DNA from: Candidatus Obscuribacteraceae bacterium
GTDB lineage: Bacteria; Cyanobacteriota; Vampirovibrionia; Obscuribacterales; Obscuribacteraceae
Assembly (NCBI GenBank): GCA_044226015.1
Contig: JBGAHS010000007.1
Location: forward strand, 32,001 to 96,000
DNA length: 64,000 nucleotides
Reading direction: 5' to 3'
This document shows positions 50,065 to 58,826 of this stretch, in pieces. Position 1 is the stretch's first letter. Each line of letters begins with the position of its first letter. A program made the position numbers and the translations under genes. The notes under the pieces were generated by a model that had not been told where the DNA came from, did not search any database, and was given only the letters and a program-made list of their open reading frames with translations.

Positions 50065-53000
50065 TTAGGCGTCATCGCCGCCGCCACCTGGAGCAAATCG
50101 TTTTGCAGACTTCACGATTCGGTCAATCAAATCTGCGGAGAAGTTGTTTGGATTTTTCGCACTGTAGCTAGGATCGCGCTGAACCATCTTGATGATAGCC
50201 GGGCTAATCTTCACGTGACCCCAATCTGGGTCTGATGCATGCGACGAACGCAGCTGGTCGATTGCGGAAGCAACTTCAAGATTTCCGAGATTGATGTCTT
50301 TAGAACGTCCATCGTTGTCCAGGTATTCCTCAACGACACGAATATGTTGCGGTGTGGTTCCGCCACCACCCATGATGCGGGTAACGACGTTGATTGCTTG
50401 AGGACTGTATGGGTGCGAGCCGCCATCTCTGACCAACATTTCGACAGCTTTGGAATCTGTCCATTGCGTGTCTGAGAAGTTGCCACCCTGACGAGACAGC
50501 GCGATGGCTTTCTGTACCACGGTGCCAGACGATGAGCCTCTGCTTTCGAGTGCGTCGACCACTTCAACCACTGTCATTGAGCTTGTATCGATGCCATGTG
50601 ATGAGGCTTCTGCCCGAGCGATATTATCGAATACAACTGCAGCAGAATTCGGGTTCTTAACGACTTGCTGAACCTGAATGGTTCCTTTGGCGATTTTTTC
50701 GATGTCGCCCCATGGAACGGTGTCATTGATAGCATAGCCTTGCTGTGCTGCAACTTCGATAACTTGCGGAGCGACAGAGCCTGAACCACCATGAGAGTAG
50801 GCTTTCTCTGCCAGAATAATGCGTGCCTGGTCCATGCTTCCAACCGAGCCGCCATTGCGCTCGTAGCTGACCAATGCTTCCAATGTGCTTGCGCTTCTGT
50901 CGACGCCGACCGTGTTGCAGGTCTTCGCGACGATGTTGAGTGCTCTCTGACCAGCCACCGAGCTGAGTCCAGCAGCGCCGTAATTCGCGAGGAATCCGTA
51001 CACATCTGCCATCGCTGGTGTGGAGAGTTGAGCCATCGGAACTCTGGCTGTCTGTGCTTGAGACAGAACCCCGCCAGTTTCTTCCATGATGACTTGCATC
51101 GCTTGAGCGTGGCTCTGACCAGCCGCCGGAACGATGACTGCTGCAAGGTCTGAGTAGGTGGAGATGCCGCTGATGTTTGCATTTGAAGGAATGAAATTCA
51201 TTCTGCGAGCTGTCTCTGGCATTCTTGCGATCAGTGAGCTGTATGCCGTGCCGTAGTCGACTTGAGCGGCGCTCGCAACTGCTGCAGTGCCAGCCATGAG
51301 TTGTGGAGCCATTGTAGAGTTGAGGTCGGCCTGACCGGTGGTTTGGTACATGACGAGTGATTGTTCAACTTCAGCAGCTGACAAAGATCGTGCCATTTCG
51401 CCATGACCGAGTGCAAATACTGATGGATGCTCGTTTCCGTACATCTCTTTGGCACGCTGATAGGTGTAGGACAATGCCGCGAATACGGCTTGCTTTCTGC
51501 GTGCTGGGTGCATGCCCTGAATAGACATGTTCTGCATCGCGCCTCTTGTGTCGGCGCCGATTGGAATACCGCTTGATACCAGAGCATCCGTAGCTGGTCC
51601 AATGTTTCTGTTCCATGGAGATTCGCTGGAGTCTGGGTTGGTGATGAGGTGAACAGCCATAGCGTCTTGCTCGTCGCCCCACTCTCCATATCTGCCGCGC
51701 AGGTAGTCGGTGTATGCGTTGCCTTTCTGCTTGGACACATAAGCTTGTGAGCCCTTCACAGCTTGCTCGAACATCGCCTGTTGGAATCTTTGCTTGGAGA
51801 TAGCTGTCCTGTTCCAGCTGCTGCCGGTGTTGCTCAACCAGTTGGCTGCCATGTTTTCCAGTGCGCCCTTAGGCTGATGAGCGCCAGCATCCATCGCGGA
51901 TTTTCTTGCTGCGTCTCTTGCAGGGTCGTCAGTTGATACGTTGTTGGCGAAACCTGCAGAGTAGATTGCGTGAGCCATTTCAGAATCGCTAGCGCCTTCA
52001 GCGATGTTGACGCGCTGAATACCATTGGCGGTGCTACCGAGAGCAGATGTTCTCTTCTGTCCTACGCGCAAACCGACACCATCAACCGACGTCAATTTAC
52101 CGAGCAATTTTCTTGTGTCAACGTGAATTAAGTTCGACTCGTTCCAACCTTCAGCAGTTGATTTGCCCCACTCGAATTTATCGCCTGGTGGCTTGAGTCC
52201 GCCTTCGCCATCAGGCGGAGGTCCCTTCGGCGCTTCGGGTGGTCCGGATGCTGTTGGTTTGCCTTCTGCGCCAGCTGCCAGTGCGCCAGCCAGAGCGCCG
52301 AGACCTGCCGCAGCCACTACGCCGCCAGTCTTCACGTCTTTCTTTGGCGGAACTGGAACTGTGGTCGAGAGTGATTTTTCTCCGATTCCTTTGTCGCCTG
52401 GCTTGCCTTCTGCCGTCTTGAGTTTGGGGTCGGTCTTGTCGATAGGTGGAACTGCGCCACTCTTGCCCAGTCCATCGCCTGTGCCTGTACCGAGCGGTTT
52501 CATCGCTGGAGCTGGTCCACTTGCAGCCAGTTTGCTTGGGTCAGCGGCGCCATCTTTCTGAGTTACTTTGTTCAAGCTGTTCAGCAATTCAGGATTTGAG
52601 CTCTTGCCAGGTAAGCCGTTCATAGCGGCATCTTTTGTGACATTGAGACCTTTGTCGGCAAATCTGTCGTTGGTGAACCAGTTGATACCTTTATCTGTCA
52701 ATGCTGTGCTCATGTCCTTCAGTCCACCCAGTGCTTTACTGAATGTTCCGAAGACCAGACCTGCCGTGACGAAGTCTGATACTGGGCTGATTTGTGCGCG
52801 ACCGAGGAAGCTTGGCACTTGAATCATCAGCTGCAGTACGCCGATAGAAATGAGAATTTTGCCCCAGGGGTTGAAGTTAGAGAAAAGGATGATGGTCATC
52901 ACTTTTAGCAAGCCGACCCATACGAATGTCCACAAGCTGGTTTCAACGAAGGCGCGCACATAGCCGGTTGCATAACTTTCTGTGTCAGGTGTTGCAAAAA

Positions 53001-54231
53001 ACACAAGGAAGATAGGAGCGAACATGTATTGTGCAGTCAGGAGAGCTGTCTGAACGGCTTTGAGAATAAGAATGTAGACCAACTCGGCAATTAAGATGCC
53101 ACCGAGAATGGTGAAAATCATTGTTGAGGCGAAGTAAAAGAGTGAGCCGACAAATTGTCCAGCCACTGGAATCGCCAGGTTAGCCAGGAGAGGAGCAAAC
53201 ACGCTTGTAGCTCCGGCACCTGCTGCGATAACACCGCCTTTGACTGCTTGAGCCAGAGCATAGTCGAGCATCAGCACCTGGTCTGCACTGTTGAAATAAA
53301 TTGCCTTGATCATTTCGTTTGAAATCTGAATCTCAAACGCATATATGGTCGGCCAGGCAAGTAGTAAGCCTGCTGTGAAAATCAAACGACCGACTGGTCC
53401 CATCAGGTTGCCTGCGCCACCCCAGGAAGCATCTGCCCAGAATTTCCAGATACAGAGAATGAATAGAAGAAGTAGAAGGTCGACGGCAATTCCGTACATC
53501 ACATCAGCGCCCTGACGAATGTATGGCGAGATGCCATCATTTTGCTGTCCGTTCAAGCCGTTGACGGCTATGTTCGGGTTGAGCACGAATACACGGAGGA
53601 ACTTCGCGAGGAACTGCGCGGTGTCCGCGATCCATCCATCAATTAGTTCAGACAACCACTTACCGAACAACTGACCGATGTTCTGGAAGAGGTTGCCTAC
53701 GATGTCATCTTTGAAGAACTGGTGCATGCCTCGATAGGTGTCATTAACTGACCCGAGGCTAGCATTCAATATATTATTTGCTGCTTTCTGAACGTCGCCG
53801 CCCTGACCCTGTTCGGCAGCCTGGAACACGACTGGTGCATAATTTCCTGTAAGGATTTTTGCGACACCATCATCGATGTTTCTCTGGTTTGTTGGAATCG
53901 CCTGGTCGACACGGTACATGTTGCCAACCGCATCTTCATACGGGTTCGGAACTGTATTTTCAGTTTTCTTACCGGCTTGAGATGGGTCCTGACTGCCCTG
54001 CCCTTGTCCCTGCAGAGTTTCAGCAGGCTTGGTTTGAGCGAAAGTCGGTGCCATTGCACAAAGGTGCATAGCCAGTATAAGCATTAAACCGATGAACGCG
54101 TTGCGTTTGCGATTCAGCACCGCGCTTGGTGCTCGCAATGACTTGACGAGCTTGTTTAAAACGTCTGATAGCTGGCCAGGCGTCTTGCCTTCCAGCTTTG
54201 TTGTTTCGCTAAAACCCTTACTGTGAGTCAC
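50065..54231 (-). CDS. Extended VirB6/TrbL-like polytopic T4SS protein (1388 aa)
   Basis: Signal-like N-terminus, about seven TM segments including LLTAQYMFAPIFLVFFATP (VirB6-like AP motif), then about 900 hydrophilic residues; directly downstream of the pilin-like gene. Confidence 0.7.
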   Translation of the reverse strand: MTHSKGFSETTKLEGKTPGQLSDVLNKLVKSLRAPSAVLNRKRNAFIGLMLILAMHLCAMAPTFAQTKPAETLQGQGQGSQDPSQAGKKTENTVPNPYEDAVGNMYRVDQAIPTNQRNIDDGVAKILTGNYAPVVFQAAEQGQGGDVQKAANNILNASLGSVNDTYRGMHQFFKDDIVGNLFQNIGQLFGKWLSELIDGWIADTAQFLAKFLRVFVLNPNIAVNGLNGQQNDGISPYIRQGADVMYGIAVDLLLLLFILCIWKFWADASWGGAGNLMGPVGRLIFTAGLLLAWPTIYAFEIQISNEMIKAIYFNSADQVLMLDYALAQAVKGGVIAAGAGATSVFAPLLANLAIPVAGQFVGSLFYFASTMIFTILGGILIAELVYILILKAVQTALLTAQYMFAPIFLVFFATPDTESYATGYVRAFVETSLWTFVWVGLLKVMTIILFSNFNPWGKILISIGVLQLMIQVPSFLGRAQISPVSDFVTAGLVFGTFSKALGGLKDMSTALTDKGINWFTNDRFADKGLNVTKDAAMNGLPGKSSNPELLNSLNKVTQKDGAADPSKLAASGPAPAMKPLGTGTGDGLGKSGAVPPIDKTDPKLKTAEGKPGDKGIGEKSLSTTVPVPPKKDVKTGGVVAAAGLGALAGALAAGAEGKPTASGPPEAPKGPPPDGEGGLKPPGDKFEWGKSTAEGWNESNLIHVDTRKLLGKLTSVDGVGLRVGQKRTSALGSTANGIQRVNIAEGASDSEMAHAIYSAGFANNVSTDDPARDAARKSAMDAGAHQPKGALENMAANWLSNTGSSWNRTAISKQRFQQAMFEQAVKGSQAYVSKQKGNAYTDYLRGRYGEWGDEQDAMAVHLITNPDSSESPWNRNIGPATDALVSSGIPIGADTRGAMQNMSIQGMHPARRKQAVFAALSYTYQRAKEMYGNEHPSVFALGHGEMARSLSAAEVEQSLVMYQTTGQADLNSTMAPQLMAGTAAVASAAQVDYGTAYSSLIARMPETARRMNFIPSNANISGISTYSDLAAVIVPAAGQSHAQAMQVIMEETGGVLSQAQTARVPMAQLSTPAMADVYGFLANYGAAGLSSVAGQRALNIVAKTCNTVGVDRSASTLEALVSYERNGGSVGSMDQARIILAEKAYSHGGSGSVAPQVIEVAAQQGYAINDTVPWGDIEKIAKGTIQVQQVVKNPNSAAVVFDNIARAEASSHGIDTSSMTVVEVVDALESRGSSSGTVVQKAIALSRQGGNFSDTQWTDSKAVEMLVRDGGSHPYSPQAINVVTRIMGGGGTTPQHIRVVEEYLDNDGRSKDINLGNLEVASAIDQLRSSHASDPDWGHVKISPAIIKMVQRDPSYSAKNPNNFSADLIDRIVKSAKRFAPGGGGDDA

Positions 54232-54304
54232 GTTTGCTGAACCTGAGAGAGAAACGCTTCATGGATTTATATTCCCGACTTCAGTGGGAAAATCCGTAAA
54301 ATAA

Positions 54305-54338
54305 CGGGTCGGTACATGAATAAACATATACCGACCCG
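54305..54338 (-). terminator. Intrinsic terminator between the pilin-like and virB6-like genes
   Basis: CGGGTCGGTA / TACCGACCCG inverted repeat, followed on the minus strand by TTATTTT. Confidence 0.75.
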
Positions 54339-54354
54339 ACTTGAGAGCTTTGGA

Positions 54355-54783
54355 TTAGAGACCGCCGCCCAGACCGCCGAAGTTGTTGATTGCGAATGTA
54401 CCGATGAGGTGAACAGCGGTTGGTCCGCCGAATCCTACACCGAGACCCTTAGCAACGTTCATTGCGGATTCACCACCGTCTCTCTGACCGAATGCAATCT
54501 TCATGCCAGCGAGTGATGAGGGGACTGTCGAAAGTGCAGTTACTACACGGGAAATATCTCTTGCGGTGTCATAACCGTAGTCAGCCAATTGACCGACTTC
54601 GTTTGATTGTCCGTAACGTGGGTCTACTGGCGCACCCACGAGACCTTGGGCATGCGCAACTTGATCGTATACGCCGAAAGCCATGAGGACTAGTTGAGGA
54701 GCCAGGAGAATACCTACGCGCGAAGCAACCCGGAATGCTCTGGAAGAGACGACTTTCTTCGAAAGAGTGCTGAGTTGTGACAT
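54355..54783 (-). CDS. VirB2/TrbC-like pilin
   Basis: Long signal peptide ending AHA-Q; two Gly/Ala-rich hydrophobic segments separated by GQRDGGE; strong AGGAGG RBS; next to virB6-like gene. Confidence 0.55.
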   Translation of the reverse strand: MSQLSTLSKKVVSSRAFRVASRVGILLAPQLVLMAFGVYDQVAHAQGLVGAPVDPRYGQSNEVGQLADYGYDTARDISRVVTALSTVPSSLAGMKIAFGQRDGGESAMNVAKGLGVGFGGPTAVHLIGTFAINNFGGLGGGL

Positions 54784-54834
54784 TGTTGAACCTCCTGAAA
54801 GGATTGATCTTGTTGTGTGGAAACGAGTAAGGAT

Positions 54835-55476
54835 TTAATGTTTGAGGATGCGACCGTTAACAGCGGTTCTAACACTGTTTCCGGAACTGCTTGAAGGCAA
54901 GGAGCCTCCGGGCATATAGCCTGTGCTGTACGAAGCAACTGCTGGACTTGCAGATTGGCCAACGTGCTTGTGGGGTGTAAGCAGCTTGCCGCTAACATGA
55001 GCATTATGTGAGCGAGCAACTGGTCTGTGCGCCGGTGCAGCTTGTCTTACTGCCGGAGCGGTCGAAGTTCCTGGTCCAACTGCTGGTGGAAGCTGTGCCA
55101 TTTGAATTGGCGCTCCTGCACTCATTGGTTGTACCGGTTGTCCGAACGACGGGTTGAAGGCCGTTGTCGGAACGAAAGCTCTACCTGTGACCTGAGGCAT
55201 TGCTGGTCTAGCAGCAACCTGAGGAACTGGGGCTGGTGGGCGATTAAGCATGCCTGGTTCCAACCCGAGGAAACTTGAACTGCGGGGCATTGAACCTTGC
55301 TGCACTGATGGTGCGCCATAGCCCTGTGGAAGTCTTGGTTGTTCAACTCTATAAACGTTTGGAGCGAATGACCAGCGCGCGCCGCGCTCTTTAGCCTGGG
55401 CATTTGCTTGCTGCGCATCTACTGTGACCAGCGCTGCAACTGAGAGAAGTGACATAAGGAAGAATCTGCTTTTCAT
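54835..55476 (-). CDS. Exported Pro-rich hypothetical protein
   Basis: Signal peptide (ANA-Q); co-oriented in the T4SS block. Confidence 0.65.
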   Translation of the reverse strand: MKSRFFLMSLLSVAALVTVDAQQANAQAKERGARWSFAPNVYRVEQPRLPQGYGAPSVQQGSMPRSSSFLGLEPGMLNRPPAPVPQVAARPAMPQVTGRAFVPTTAFNPSFGQPVQPMSAGAPIQMAQLPPAVGPGTSTAPAVRQAAPAHRPVARSHNAHVSGKLLTPHKHVGQSASPAVASYSTGYMPGGSLPSSSSGNSVRTAVNGRILKH

Positions 55477-55480
55477 TAGC

Positions 55481-56206
55481 TTAAAACCTTGAGTTATTGC
55501 GGACACCAAATCCGGTCATTGTGGTTGCGAACATGCCGGCACCCATCCAGGGGTTGTTAGACCAAAAACCTGATGTCATTGCACCTGCACCGAACGCTCC
55601 TGCGTAATTCAGAATGTTGGAAATTCCGCCCCTGCGAGTATTAACTTGTTTAGGTTGATTGTTTGAGCCACCAGTCAGCGTTTGAGTTTGTGCGATATAG
55701 CCTTGTTGCATTTGCTGATTGTTAGCCATTTGGAAATTTGGACCGCCCAGGCTGTTTTGTGCCATCGATGACGAGGACATCATGTCCATTCCTGGAGCTT
55801 GTGGAGCCATTCCTGGCGCCGTTGTTTGTTGTTGAGCTAGTGAGGGTTGAAGACCCGCTCTCCAGACTTTGTTCATAGCATCTGGAGGAAGCACTGTTTG
55901 ATCGCCCATCAATTGACCGAGAGCTTGTCTGCGGAGGTCCATCGGGTTTCCAGAGTCTGTAAGACCAGGAACTGAAGAACCGGCTGACATAGCAGCTTGT
56001 CTTGATTGAGCCTGGCTGGCACTAAGAGCACTTGCCGAACCCGGGTCGAGTGGCACCACTTCTGGTGGCAGCAACGCGTCCTGGTCAGGACCGATGCTTG
56101 CAGATGGATTAATGGATTGCATAGTTCCAGCTTCCATGCCTTGAGCCATCGCCGGCGCTGTCGCCAACATTAGACTTAGAATCAGGAGTGTGAGCTTGCC
56201 AACCAT
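55481..56206 (-). CDS. Exported Met/Gln/Gly-rich hypothetical protein
   Basis: Signal peptide (AMA-Q); C-terminal Gly-rich hydrophobic segment. Confidence 0.65.
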   Translation of the reverse strand: MVGKLTLLILSLMLATAPAMAQGMEAGTMQSINPSASIGPDQDALLPPEVVPLDPGSASALSASQAQSRQAAMSAGSSVPGLTDSGNPMDLRRQALGQLMGDQTVLPPDAMNKVWRAGLQPSLAQQQTTAPGMAPQAPGMDMMSSSSMAQNSLGGPNFQMANNQQMQQGYIAQTQTLTGGSNNQPKQVNTRRGGISNILNYAGAFGAGAMTSGFWSNNPWMGAGMFATTMTGFGVRNNSRF

Positions 56207-56288
56207 TTCTATCTACTCTTTCCGGTGTCGGGTGAAATTTGTTTCAACCAGTGCGTGAATAATACGATCTTCATACTTAGACTAGAAG

Positions 56289-56322
56289 ACGGGTAATTCC
56301 CATCGGCATGGGAAGATTCCCA
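56289..56322. promoter_or_regulatory. Paired TGGGA-N4-TCCCA operator-like sites (could also fold as a hairpin)
   Basis: TGGGAAGATTCCCA at 56309-56322; ACGGGTAATTCCCA 20 bp upstream. Confidence 0.45.
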
Positions 56323-56341
56323 CTGAGCACTTCCAAATCAA

Positions 56342-57325
56342 TTAGAAGTTTGTCACGACTGCCTTCGGAAGCAGCATCTGATTGCGCTTCTGGTTCGGAA
56401 CGTTGGAAGGCGAGAACTGTGTATAAGGGAATCCGAAGTCGGTCGTCTTATTGCTGTAAACGGGGACGCGTCGCATACCCTGACCGAATTCAGTAGCCTG
56501 GTTGGCGTGAAGTGCTGAAATGCCGTTATAACGCATAGCACTGTTACCATAATCCTGAATTGACTGAGCCGTAGAGATGGTTTGACCGCCCACAGAGAAG
56601 CGTTGTCCACCGCCAAGGTCGATAGAGCTGTTACGCATGCCATTTCCAGTCGACACACCGAACGGTACGCCGTAACCTGCCATAGGTCCGAGCAATTGCA
56701 CCTGGTCCTGGCTGCAGTCGCCGCCCAGTCCACCGAGGGCTGAATTGCGTCCACGAAGTTCATACTGGCGAGTTTCCTGACCACCTCTTCTCACGGTAGG
56801 AATGGTGGTGCAATAGCCGCCTGCTCCAGGAATGCCGCCGTCTGGATTAATTGGCAATTGAGCCGCTGGGTTCATCGAGCCCATTGGGGCGGTCAACATT
56901 CCAGGGTCAGCGCCGGGAGTAGATGGTGGCGTTGGAACGAAAGGTGTCAGCAATGGTCCGAGTACGCCAGGTGGCGACTGAATTGCTGGTGAAAATGGAA
57001 TTGGAATACCAGAGCTTCCACCACGAATATCATTAGAAGGAACGGATGGAACCCATGGCAAAAGTGTAGGAGCGCCGGTATGACCAGGCACTACTGGTGC
57101 TGCCGTCGGTCCGTCACCGGTTGCTGGCGGTGCACCTTCTTGAGCTGGCACGAAGGGGAGTCCTGTCTGGCTTCCAGCGACGATTGGACTTCTCAGTCCG
57201 AACGCTGGAGCGCCCACGAGGTTGCAACCATTGCTGGTACTGCTAGGTGCGCCCTGCGCTAGTGCAGCTGTAGGAGCAGCAATCGCGACAGTGAGTGAAA
57301 TTCCAAGAATGTTTCGAAGCAGCAT
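56342..57325 (-). CDS. Exported Pro/Gly-rich protein, paralog A
   Basis: AGGAGG RBS; signal peptide (ALA-Q); GCNLVGAPAFGLRSP…GHTGAPTLLP. Confidence 0.75.
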   Translation of the reverse strand: MLLRNILGISLTVAIAAPTAALAQGAPSSTSNGCNLVGAPAFGLRSPIVAGSQTGLPFVPAQEGAPPATGDGPTAAPVVPGHTGAPTLLPWVPSVPSNDIRGGSSGIPIPFSPAIQSPPGVLGPLLTPFVPTPPSTPGADPGMLTAPMGSMNPAAQLPINPDGGIPGAGGYCTTIPTVRRGGQETRQYELRGRNSALGGLGGDCSQDQVQLLGPMAGYGVPFGVSTGNGMRNSSIDLGGGQRFSVGGQTISTAQSIQDYGNSAMRYNGISALHANQATEFGQGMRRVPVYSNKTTDFGFPYTQFSPSNVPNQKRNQMLLPKAVVTNF

Positions 57326-57350
57326 TGGTACGGCCTCCTGAGCCAGTAAG

Positions 57351-58085
57351 TTAGTAAGGAGCGATAGTCATAGTGGTGCAACCACTACGCGTGTAACCAC
57401 GTTGTCCATAAAGGTCTTGTGTAGCCATTGCACCAGGCAATGATTGGTACGGTCCATCTGTAGACAGCTGCCCATAGGAGGCTTGTTGTCCCCAGTCATA
57501 AGAACGCGTTCCTCTATATTTGTAGCGACCCCAATCGGTCGTTGTTTGTCCGCCCCATTTCTGGGTCGGTGCGCTGGCGCTGATGCCACCACCTGGGTTG
57601 ATGTTGGTGAGCGTTACAGGCGGAGTGTAAGTGCGAGTGTTGTAACAGCCACCGCCCATCGGTCCACTAATCATGCCCGGGTCGCAACCTGGTGTTGATG
57701 GAGGAGGCGGAACTGAATAACTCGGACCAAGCTGACCTGGCATAGATTGATTTGCTGGGTCGTGGTTTAGTGTGAATGTTGGTGTGCCGAGGTGATCGGT
57801 AGGATAGTCAGGATTTTGCGGCAGCAAGGTCGGTGCACCGGTGTGCCCCGCGACCACTGGTGCCGGGCATGCGCCGTCGCCGATTGCTGGAGGACGACCA
57901 GCAGGTGCCTGAACGAATGGTGCACCGTATGATGCTCCGTTGACTAATGGCGTTCTCAGTCCGAAAGCTGGTGCTCCCGCGAGGTTGCAACCGCCGCCTG
58001 AAGAAGCCTGTTGAGCATTCGCTGGCAACGCAAGCGCCAGCGCTAGTAAGAGAATTGAACTTGTGCTCAGCTGATTTAGTCTCAT
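57351..58085 (-). CDS. Exported Pro/Gly-rich protein, paralog B
   Basis: AGGAG RBS before ATG 58085; signal peptide (ANA-Q); GCNLAGAPAFGLRTP…GHTGAPTLLP. Confidence 0.75.
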   Translation of the reverse strand: MRLNQLSTSSILLLALALALPANAQQASSGGGCNLAGAPAFGLRTPLVNGASYGAPFVQAPAGRPPAIGDGACPAPVVAGHTGAPTLLPQNPDYPTDHLGTPTFTLNHDPANQSMPGQLGPSYSVPPPPSTPGCDPGMISGPMGGGCYNTRTYTPPVTLTNINPGGGISASAPTQKWGGQTTTDWGRYKYRGTRSYDWGQQASYGQLSTDGPYQSLPGAMATQDLYGQRGYTRSGCTTMTIAPY

Positions 58086-58826
58086 CTTTGCTCCTGTTTC
58101 GTTCTCAGGTCGCTCTCGCACACCTGGACTCCTCACAAAAGTAGGACTTCTAATAATGAATGTCGTTGGGGCGATTACGCACCCTATTACGGTTTCTCCC
58201 ACTGAGACCCGAAGAGCCAGGAGGGTTCAGTGAAGGCAGGCTCGTTTAATTTTTGTCATGGCTGCCAATCTATTAATAGCTGGTCAAAGTCTGACAAATT
58301 TTTTCCGTCGCACATCCGAGCTTCAATCTGTCGCATTCGCTAAGCAAACGGTCAAAAATTTTTCACGATGTTCGCTACCACTCAGATCCTTTCGTTCGTG
58401 CAATTGTTTCGGCAGCTCCGCAGCTGGAGTATGAGAGCCGCCCCTGTCAGTTGTTGGACTAGATTTCCCTACCTTCTTATTCAAAATATTGCAATTAATT
58501 TAGGTAATCGCCGAAACGCCAGCAGCGTCCTCTTTGCATGGTGTCACTGATGCATGATTCCATATATAGTGTCAGTGTGATCCCGATAAGGATCTTCACC
58601 ACTAGTGGTGCTTTTGATTTATCAGAATCTTTCTACAAGAGAGCAATTTATAGAATGTAGATCTAAAGCCAGTCTCCCGAAACATCTTGGCAGCGACAAA
58701 TCTCCGGATTGATCTCCAGGCAAGCAATTCCAGATCTTGAGCACTATCTGTGGTGTCAGTCTCGAAAAATTTGTTTGTCATATTTGCATGTTGCCGGTAT
58801 CATAACGGCAGGAAAGGAAGGCGCCT

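Noticed and set aside
13483..58200. ICE integrated at the tRNA
   Set aside because: No integrase and no repeat of the tRNA 3' end were noticed, and housekeeping genes lie between the tRNA and the T4SS genes.
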